Assembly (NCBI GenBank): GCA_028023455.1
Contig: JAQFVV010000001.1
Location: 15,314,001 to 15,378,000 of the forward strand
Source: Epiperipatus broadwayi
Taxonomy: Eukaryota; Animalia; Onychophora
Reading direction: 5' to 3'
Length of the DNA stretch: 64,000 nt
Both the position numbers and the translations under genes were made by a program. Under the pieces are notes generated by a model, which saw nothing but the letters and a program-made list of their open reading frames with translations, ran no database searches and was not told the DNA's origin. Below, piece after piece: positions 54,601 through 64,000 of the stretch (position 1 is the first letter of the stretch; each line of letters starts with the position of its first letter).

Positions 54601-57155
54601 CGAAACATGATAATGGAACAGTTATGATTTTGGTAACTGTATAAAATATTATTCCATTTAATCATTATTCTACATTCACATACTATAGATAAAAGTATTA
54701 TGTGTGTGTGCGTGCAGGAGAGGGGGCAATATATTGTCTCAAAATGCAAATATTTCCCGAAAACTGTCACCTTCCAAGATGGCAACACTTCAACTCAAGC
54801 AGTTGCATAGTTAAATATTGATTTGAGAAAAATGAGATTTTATATTGTACAGCTTTCATGATATTTCTGAGGTTCTTATTTAAATATTATTATTGGGCAT
54901 TTATGGATCACTTTTGAACAGTGAATAAAAGATTGATGTTCTCTATTCAACATCTTTCATGAAGAATGGTTGAATTTTCTCTAGACACAATTAAAATGCT
55001 ATTCAATATTACATTTATAATACAAAGTTATACCTGATGAAAGCCCCTCCCCCCAACTAAATAAATCATAATAATATAGGTATTGCAGATATTTTCATAT
55101 TTTGTCCAACCTCTATTTGTAGTATATCAACATTAATCTCTTCATAATTTTTTCAAATATAAAATAAATTAATTGTTCCATTTTTTTTTTTTTTTTTTTG
55201 TAAATGTACAGTCTCAGTTTAAAATATTCATCTGAAGAAAGATCAATAGCAAATTAATCATAATAAATTTATTCATTCTATGCTTGTTTAATCATTGTTT
55301 TGGATTGGAACAACCATCAGTCATTATAAAGAAAAGAACTATCTGAATTATTTAATATGGCAAAAAAAAAAAAAAGAGAGAGATAGTATATGCCTGCCAA
55401 CAATAGAGTATGCACACACAATTTTAAATTTATATCAATAATTTAAGCACAAAAAGTATTCTTCACAACCGCTCATATGTCTTAGACAATTGTTACAAAA
55501 GAGAAACCTTGTTACTATAAAATATAATAAAATGCTTGTAATTTATCAATTAAGTTTCATCACTTGATAATACATCAATATTTTTATGAAGACATACAAT
55601 GATTAAAAATTATTAAAATGACATCGTATTATTTTTTATTTTATTGATGTATATTATGCTTATAAAACTATACATTTAATAGTAGTAAGCAAAGGTACTA
55701 CCTCATTTTAAAATAGTATATATATATAGTTCTAGGTATACCTGATGTATTAGAAACCTGGCAGCACTTCCAATGAAGGGTGTTTATAGCTGACACATTC
55801 AGTTGTTTGTCATTGCATAAATTTAGAATAATCATATTTTTAAGTAACACTATAAAAGAATGTGCTTTAATTCTCTAACTACAAACTCAAAAGTACTTTG
55901 TTACTATATATAAATGGTATGTATTAATACTATTTTTGAATAATATTAGTATTTTATTTATAAGTTTAAGAACCTGGAATTAGTATAAAATTTTGTATTT
56001 TAATATAAGTTCACATGTAGTAAACATTAAACATCTATCATTAGCAATAACTGCTGCTACTCTATTCCAAACATTAGATGCTAGATCTCACACTCTGATA
56101 CACATACACAAAATAAAGAAAACAATTATAAGATTAATTGTTTAGAAGATCATATGAGCATAAGAATTCCATTTAACTGATCAAATAGTTTTTTTTAAAA
56201 TTTACTCAACTGAGAACTGACACAGGAATCTTTAGTTTTTGATCAGTTAATCATTAAACAGGACACACATATAAGTACATAAACACAATGAAAGATATCA
56301 TAAACTTGTATTGTTTGCAGACAAATCCAAAATGGCAGATTGTAGAGAATACTATCATTCACATTAAAGTATCAAAGTTAAAATATAATAATAACCATTC
56401 TATTAATGACAATTGTGAATAATCTCTGGTTGCAGTTCCAAACTAAATCCTTGAAAAAACAAACATTATCACAAAATCTTTTCTTAATCAATATGCTTGA
56501 AAAAAAAAAGAGAACTAGTTTGAATTCTGTGATGTACAAACCTTTTAGCATTTTAAATAATCATTTTAGCATTTTCCAAATACAGTACAAAATATAACTT
56601 TGTTTTTCTTTTTCTTTTAAAAAAGTTTTCTTGCAAAATATAATATAAAAATAAATATTATGAAACATGTTTATTTAATGGAGAAAATTTTACATTTACT
56701 CATTTCTCAAAGTAGAGAAAACAATAAAGTCCAAATTATAAGTATTACTTGATTTTATTTACTTATTTCAATGAGAGATAAAAGTAATTACTAAAATGTT
56801 TAGAATCACAGATAAAACTTTTTTTTTAAAAAAACAATTCTAATAAAACATCTTAATATTTAAAATGTTTTTTGTGAAAAAGAAGTGTTTCTTTAGAGAC
56901 TTTTCAGATAATTAAAAATAATCATGATTTTTCTTATTAAAATTGTCAATTTAAAAAAAATATATGTAAAAATAAACTAGTGATTAAAATAATTAAAAAT
57001 CTATGCTAAAAATATTCATAAAAAAAATAAAAATTGCAATTTCATTCACTTTGGAATCAAATGATTTTACCAGCTTTTTAAACAATCAATTGATGATGTA
57101 AACAAACACTCAGTGTTTTTTGCATAATGAATAATTACAACATTAGGCATTGAAA

Positions 57156-57425
57156 TCACCATCCAGGTTCCCAAGTTCTCTTTATTTCACTGGAATTAGC
57201 ACTTTTAGTTCGCAGACCTGAGTCACTTTTAGCGGACAAAGAATTGGTATACATACTAGCTGCACTATGAGATCGAAGAGAAACAGGACCAGAACGTTTC
57301 TTTAGGTACTCATGTTTAGGTCTGTATGTGGTAAAATTCTGCTGGAGTCTTGCATAGTCTTTGAGTTGCTCTGCTCGACAAGTTTCTTTGGATGGCTTTG
57401 CAGATTCAATTCGTTTTAAAAGAGC
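57156..57425 (-). CDS. CFAP97: Terminal coding exon of cilia- and flagella-associated protein 97 (KIAA1430/Hemingway family)
   Basis: Strong acceptor (tttttttttctttatttag|GCT at 57426), then 89 open codons ALLKRIESAKPSKETCRAEQLKDYARLQQNF...KRTWEPGW and TGA (57156-57158). Resembles the CFAP97 C-terminus as recalled (ENL|ALLKRLEAVKPT..RSEQL.DY.R, Ser-rich tail ending in W). Missed by the ORF track because there is no start codon. Confidence 0.8.
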   Translation of the reverse strand, partial: ALLKRIESAKPSKETCRAEQLKDYARLQQNFTTYRPKHEYLKKRSGPVSLRSHSAASMYTNSLSAKSDSGLRTKSANSSEIKRTWEPGW

Positions 57426-60276
57426 CTAAATAAAGAAAAAAAAAAGAATAATTACTCTAAAATATGGATATTAATATATGCACTTTTAAAAGCATATAAA
57501 TTTGTGCAAATTTCAGAATATATATATAAACAAATTTCAATTTACATAAAATTAAATTTATCACATAATTGAGGTATTATTGCATTTTAATGATATAAAA
57601 GTTTCATTAAAATTTATAAAACAACTTTAAATATTGAAATGCTAGAATTTATTAAGATGTTGGCAAATACAGGCTTAGTCACTCAACCAGTCTTCAACAA
57701 TGAATATATGTATAATTAGTGCATTATTTGTAAATATTAAAGATTACTAATATTAATATATACAACAAATAATGAAACATAGCATAGCTCTGAGAAGCAG
57801 GGTTCAATGCAGTGATAATTTTACAATTGCATTTTTTGTAAAAATATATGAAAGGTATATTAAAAATATGTTAATGTAATGATATCCCATATCTAAAATC
57901 TTAGATGATTTGATTCCACAATTTGCCCATTAGGTAGAGCTAAACGATAACATGAGAATTTATTTGAGTATAAATAAATGTGCAAGTTTATGCTAAAAAG
58001 GAATATGCTATCATATAAAGAAATTTATAAATCTTTTTCTTTTACTGAATAGTCAGCATGATTGATGCCACAATTGATAAGTAACAATTATAATTTCACT
58101 AGAATCAGCTTTCCATGACAAATATATCTCTATATTGTTCATTTGGTTCAACATCACATCAATATCTTTAGTTGAACTCTATATTTATTCTGATTTAAGG
58201 ATACAACATGGGTTGATCATCATTGATAATCATGCTCAGAAAGCCCCATAGAGGGACTGATAAGAAGTTAGTATTTTCATAATTATAGTTATATATTTGT
58301 ATTACTTTTGAATTTTTTTTAAAAGTAATCTAATATTTACAGTATGTCATCAATTATTTTCACAATTTTAATCTGAAATAAAATAATGCACAAGTTGTAA
58401 AAATATTAAAGTCATTAATTTAAAGAGAAATTAATAATTTCTTTGAGTAGCAATAGATGACATGTATTATCATGTGGTGAGTGGTTAGGTGAAACAAAAT
58501 TTGAAACACAGGCTGAGTGTAAATTTATATCATGTTGCAACAAATTCTATCAATAAGATCAATAATCAAAAACACTCCTATGGCTAGTGGAATTTAAGAC
58601 AATAACCAATACTAAACATTTAATTGGAAAAAATCCATTTAGATTTAGTGGAAATCTATTCTAATAAAATTATGAAGTAAACTTTTTTTAAAATATGGTA
58701 AAAGTGATGAACTGACAAAGTAGTATTAATGAAATAAAGACTTGTAAGTTTATTATCATAAAATTTACTGCAAAGTGCAATTATTTCATAAAACTTACTT
58801 TTCTTACATTTCATCTGCAAAATCATTAATTTTATTATTGAAATTTAAAATGTAACATATTAAATTATTTTTCTTGGGTCATGTAATGTTTTTAGTTTTT
58901 TTTTTTAATATTAATTTTAACTTTAAAAAAAAAAAAGCTATATATATATAACATTTAAAAAATATGCATATTTTATATTTATCATTTATTATAAAACTTA
59001 TTGATAAATTTACTATTGTGAAATAGTTTAAATCACAAAATTTTGCAACTAATAAATAGAAAATTTATCTGTTCATAAATAAAATATTATTATAAAAATG
59101 GAGTCATTTTCTAATTCTTATTTTTATGAAAACTACATTTTCCAATTTTGCCGATTTGATTTCTAACATTTCCTATAAGTGTAATAGTGTTACAAGATCA
59201 ATACTTTGTTTGAAAATTTAATAACATGAGTAATGTGGAAATCTATACATGAAAAACCTGGGTTTTTCTGGCTCAGACATACACTTTAATTAAAGACTTA
59301 ATATATTTATTATCATTAAACACAACCACATAGAATAATGTATTCAACTCTATACCACTTTTTTTCCCCTGTGTAATAATATACTATAATAATCCAGATC
59401 TATTTAAAATAAAATGCTATGTCCATACAACCTTCCTGGTCACGTTATAAAAGAAATATGTGAAAAAATGAAAGAAGTGGTAGAATTAATTTCAGTTTTA
59501 TAGAAGTTAAATGGAATCTACACAGTATTAATTGACAATCCCAATAAAACAGCAATATATAAATAATATCTTAAAAAAATAGATAGAGAATTTAGATATT
59601 CCATTTATAATCAATCATAAATTCTTAAAAAATATCCAAATCAGAATTTTTGTAATGTTGCAATCATATTTCTTTTTTCCTTATTTTTCAATCAGTAAAG
59701 TGCATTTTTTTACAGGGGGGGGGGGAATTAATTAATCTAATTCATGCACTTTGCTGAGCAAAAATAGATAATCTAATTAATTATGATAATTTAAAGAATA
59801 TATTTTTTATTTAGTGTTTCTGTGTATAAAGAAAAAAAATTAAAATTTGAAAAAAGTAAAGATAATTATATATATATGTATTTTTTTGGTTTGTTTGTTG
59901 TTAACTTTTGGTCTTTTCCAAGTTAGAATGAAATTTTAAAATCGAGGTTTAATATATTTAAAAATCAATAAATTGCTTCAAAATTATTATAAAGTTATAC
60001 TAGCCTAATCCATTTGAAACACTTATCATTTCAGTGTGTCAATTAGTTTAATAGATATGGAATAGAGGGCAGGAAAATATTTAAAATATTCAATACCTTC
60101 ACATATTATTCTTAGAACTTTGATTTGTTTTATATAAATCATGAGAGGACAGTATAAATATAATTTTTCTTTCAATTTAATATTTTTTTTAACCATTTTA
60201 AACTCTTAATGCATATATTATATTTAGTATGTGGACAGAATTATACATGTAGAATCAGTAACTTAAGTTTTTCTAT

Positions 60277-60416
60277 TTAAAATTGTTTGATAGTTTTTAT
60301 TTTTATTTTAAAACAATTTTTTTTTTAAAAAAGCTAAACTAGAATGATCGGAAATTTTCTTTTTTAGCATTTTTTTAAACATCCGTTTTAAAATAAAAAT
60401 TATCAAACAATTTTAA
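60277..60416. repeat. AT-rich fold-back element
   Basis: ttaaaattgtttgata..tttattttaaaac..aaaaaagctaaa pairs with tttagc..gttttaaaataaaaattatcaaacaattttaa. Confidence 0.7.
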
Positions 60417-60440
60417 CATTTAAATACAAGTATATACTTT

Positions 60441-60755
60441 AAGCTAGATATAATTAGAGGGTATTTGAACACAGACTTTCAAGCTCCCTTTAGTCATCCA
60501 CTCCATCTTATATAACAGATACACATGAAGCCTGTTCATTAAAATTTGAAGATTTTATATTTTAATATAAACTGAGCACCGATTGTATATGTGTAGATGA
60601 TCTGGCCCAACTGATGAGTGCTGGTTCAGCATGAAATATGTATATTGGAGATCATTTATCTTCACATGTATGTGATCATTTGTATTGGTTGTATAAGATG
60701 GAGTGGATGACTAAAGGGAGCTTAAAGGTCTGAGTTCAAATATCCTTTAATTATA
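60441..60755 (+). mobile_element. Family B fold-back (short left arm 60441-60530, sense arm 60535-60755)
   Basis: tataattagagggtatttgaacacagac..aagctccctttagtcatccactccatcttata pairs with tataagatggagtggatgactaaagggagctt..gtctgagttcaaatatcctttaattata. Homologous to 24528-24800. Confidence 0.85.
60607..60648 (+). ncRNA. Type I hammerhead ribozyme motif (family B), intact
   Basis: AUGAUCU-GGC-CCAA-CUGAUGA-G-UGCUG-GUU-CAGCA-U-GAAA-UAUGUAU-A-UUGG-AGAUCAU. 5-bp stem II plus G.U, stem III AUAUGUAU (likely from palindromic AUACGUAU), UA cleavage site, extended stem I. Confidence 0.85.
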
Positions 60756-60938
60756 AGCAATTTTAAAAAAAACTTAGTTACTGATTTATTATATATATAT
60801 TTATGTACACATACTAAATATAATATATACATTAAGAGTATATAAACATTAAAAGCACAAAGCTAAACTAGTCAATAAAACTCAAAATTACTCCAAATTC
60901 ACAAACCAACCAGACTAGCCCAAAAATAAACTCTAAAA

Positions 60939-60980
60939 CACTACCAATGGTTTCACTGCTATAAGCAAACTTCTCAAGTG
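60939..60980 (-). ncRNA. Type I hammerhead motif, U3-A8 core variant (family F)
   Basis: CAC-UUGAGAA-GUUUGC-UUAUA-GCAGU-GAAA-CCAUUGGU-A-GUG. Stem I CAC/GUG, near-palindromic ACCAUUGGU stem III, GUA triplet. Confidence 0.7.
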
Positions 60981-61285
60981 AGAAGAACTACAAAATAACA
61001 TATTTATATAAAACATTACCCACAATTTCATAAACCTACCATATACTTTTAATATTAAGAGCTTTTAAATAAGTTAATTGCTTCAGCATCATAAATTTTT
61101 AATAATAAAGATTCTTTAATTCTTGAAGCTAAAGTTATATTCTGTGAGAAAAACATTATTAAAAATTTATGATGCTGAAGCAATTAACTTATTTAAAAGT
61201 TCTTTTAATATTAAGGGTATATGGGAGGAAAGTGAAATTGTGAGTAATGTTTAGTACAAATATGCTGTTATTTTGTAGATCTTTA

Positions 61286-61327
61286 CACTTGAGAAGTTTG
61301 CTTGTAGCAGTGAAACCATTGGTAATA
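61286..61327 (+). ncRNA. Type I hammerhead motif, U3-A8 core variant (family F), stem I decayed
   Basis: CAC-UUGAGAA-GUUUGC-UUGUA-GCAGU-GAAA-CCAUUGGU-A-AUA. Confidence 0.6.
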
Positions 61328-61679
61328 TTTTAGAGTTTATTTACTTGGTTAGTCTGGTTGAGTTGTGAATTTGGGGTAATATTGATTATTAATAGTATAT
61401 ATATTAACTTACTGCAAAAATATCTAATGACTTATATGCACTATATGTGTGATATTGATTTAAAATAAAATTATGTTAAGTTCATTTACAATATATACAC
61501 ATGTATTAGGTACACGTACTAAATGATACCTACATAAATAGTATACATTTTAATTTATAGCAGAAATATCTAGTAATATATATGTATCAAGTATAAGTGT
61601 CCAGTCACTTCAAAGTACAATATAGCTTAACATTTTCATTTACTGTGCCAATGCTAAAAACTTAAAATAGAGATAATTT

Positions 61680-61955
61680 TTTTTAATATTAAATATTTTT
61701 ATTAAGTGTGCACTAAAAATAAATAAAATAACTGTTTGTTCAACTATGATTGGAGTTATTAGATTTAACTTGAAATAAAAGCATTGGGGGAGGGGGCTCC
61801 AGAAATTAATTAAGATAAGGAATTGACTTAATTAATTTCTGGATCCTCCCTACTTTTATTTCAAGTTAAATCTAAAAACTCCAATTGTAGTTGAAGAAAC
61901 AATTATTTTATTTATTGTTAGAGCACAGTCAATAAAAGCATTTAATATATATAAA
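61680..61955. repeat. Fold-back element, about 130-bp arms, no HHR recognised
   Basis: caactatgattggagttattagatttaacttgaaataaaag..ccagaaattaattaag pairs with cttaattaatttctgg..cttttatttcaagttaaatctaaaaactccaattgtagttg. Confidence 0.85.
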
Positions 61956-63010
61956 AATTTAAACTATTATTTTTTCTGTAAAAAAAAAGAAGAAATATTT
62001 TGGTATTGAATGACAAAAAAAAAAAAAATTAGTTAAAAGTAATTAGAAAAAAAAAACAGAATAACTCAATTGGTGTGTGCTATTGTTCATAGCACTAGAT
62101 ATAAATTGGGAGAAAGACACCAGAATTTCAATGCAGACAAGGACTCTGGAAAGAAGTTAAAAAACAAAAGCTAAATGAGAAGAACCAGCTAAGAAATTTG
62201 ATTAATGGCATTCAAGAAAGACTTAAACTGGTCAGAACAGTATTTCCTAGTAGTTTAAGAAGCTGCTGAATCACAAACTTTTAAATGCCTAATATTTAAT
62301 ATTCATAACAGATGTATTAATATTTATTTTGTCAATCTTCAATACTTCTTATTATTAGGTCATGTTGGTTTGTTAATTACAACTAATAATTATGTGAAGG
62401 TGGAGTCAGTAGTCTCCAATATGCATACATCCCTGCCTGAGTATATGTATTTATGTAGAAATAGACTAGAATGATTGTAAATACTATAGTTATATATATA
62501 TTTAAATTCATATTATTTTAAACCTAGTTGTTTGTTCTCTGTCTCCAAACTAATTAGAAATAGTTTACCTCACATTCTAAGAAAAGTACATGTTCAAATG
62601 AGCAGTTGACTTATTATATCATTCTCATAATAAGGTTGCTAGAAGGAATACTTAAAGGAATTCTTTCAGCAATGAAAGTGAAGCTTAGGGAAAGAACTAC
62701 CCTATAAAAATGGTTTAGAAATGAGAGTTTATTGCTTTACCATCTAATCTGAGTATCACTGTCATATAAGACAGTCAAGAAATATAACTGATTATAAGTT
62801 TGATTATTATCATCAAAGTTGATATAAAATACTGCCAAATAAGATGTGATATATATTTAGTTGATATATTCATGATACAACAATATAATATTCAGTATAT
62901 TTAGTGAGCCATAAAGTGTTGGCACAAGTTACATGATAAGGAATTATTATACATATATATGGGGTACAATGTGTCTAATATATGTATAAGGGGAATTTGG
63001 TACAATACTT

Positions 63011-63110
63011 TTTTTCCATGGGTCATAGCATTGGACAGAAAGCGAACCCACTAACCTGGGACAACTGCTTGTAAAGCAGCTGTGCTAACCTCTCGACCAC
63101 CAACCCTTGA
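63011..63110 (-). mobile_element. tRNA-derived SINE with poly(A) tail and TSD
   Basis: Minus strand reads atcaagggttggtggtcgagaggttagcacagctgctttacaagcagttgtcccaggttagtgggttcgctttctgtccaatgctatgacccatgg plus an A-run. 14-bp TSD ttggta(c/t)aatactt (62997-63010, 63111-63124). Confidence 0.85.
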
Positions 63111-64000
63111 TTGGTATAATACTTGTAACTTTCATTTTGTCATACAGGTAAACGACTCCCATAATTAATCATTATTATTCTTTTTCTTATTCTCTTTCCA
63201 ATGTTTTTTCCCTTATTATGTCAGGCACTTAGGTTAATACAGAATCCAAATAAATGTGAGTTTCTCATGCAATCAATCCTTTGCTGCATTAATGGTAACA
63301 GTCAAATTTTCTGTCTAGGCAACAAATTTCCAGCTTTTACTTACACAACAGTAACTTTAATTTCAATCTTTTTTCTTCTCATATTAAAATAGCTATACTC
63401 ATTTAAGAGTGGTTGATAGTGATATTTTTCTTTTGTATTACCCTTTTCTTTAATGTCAAAAATTGAGATTAATTGATGCCAATTTAATGAGTATACCTAC
63501 TTCTAATTTGCATCTTTTTATTTTACATATATATTTAATACAAATAAAATGTTTATTAATTAAAAACTATTATAATAACAATAAAAATAAATATAAGAAT
63601 AATTAGCTATTATATACAATCTTTCAATCCACAGAAAGTTCAAAAATTCATATGCTTTGTTTAGATGTGAACAGAGATATCTAGTTTGATGAGAATAAAT
63701 CAGGCTATAAGTAACTAATAAAATGCCTAAAAACATTTCAAAATGTGATGCTATGTTAATTTCAAAACAATTGGAATTTTTAATAATACTATATTTAGAC
63801 CTGGAAAATTGTGATATCTGGTTTAAAACATTTTTCATTTTAATTTATAAAAACAAAAGTGACAGAACAGAATACTATAATAGTCTTAAAATAACATTGT
63901 TATTCCCAGCAATAAAAGTCTTAGATCAACAATTACTAGAAATTTTATAACTTTACAGATTTAAAAAATGCTATAAATGTAATTTTGTAGCTAGGAAAAT

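Larger units (their letters stand above)
60880..61385. mobile_element. Family F fold-back, about 225-bp arms, variant HHR in each arm
   Basis: Arms 60886-61110 and 61156-61381 around a ~45-bp spacer. Confidence 0.9.

Noticed and set aside
4673-63950. Most supplied 60-100 aa ORFs as genes
   Set aside because: Their I/L/F/K/N/Y-rich composition is that of random AT-rich DNA. Several are antisense shadows of the RTE element (31969, 32027, 32209, 33113) or overlap repeats (24704, 47886).

Overview
Very AT-rich, CpG-depleted animal (probably invertebrate) genomic DNA that is almost entirely intronic or intergenic. None of the supplied ORFs is a credible intact host gene. The one well-supported host coding feature is missing from the ORF track: the terminal coding exon of a CFAP97/Hemingway-like ciliary gene on the minus strand (57156-57425), whose upstream exons appear to lie beyond the window. 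The rest is a transposon graveyard: a 5'-truncated RTE LINE, decayed Ty3/Gypsy pol, several decayed Penelope-like (PLE) ORFs, Jockey/I-type and L1/Tx1-type relics, a Tigger/pogo fragment and three tRNA-derived SINEs. The main finding is at least four unrelated families of short, ORF-less elements carrying type I hammerhead ribozyme (HHR) motifs, 14 copies plus one solitary candidate, many of them degenerate. All have tiny stems III that are palindromic or decayed from a palindrome. Families A and B have a bulged extension of stem I, family A has an invariant A.A opposition at the base of stem II, and family F has a compensatory U3-A8 core. Most copies sit in asymmetric fold-back (inverted-repeat) insertions, and several have 12-14 bp target-site duplications. 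HHRs in PLE terminal repeats are established knowledge; the family-specific variants and the fold-back arrangement deserve testing. All alignments, translations and folds were done by eye, so boundaries of decayed elements are approximate.
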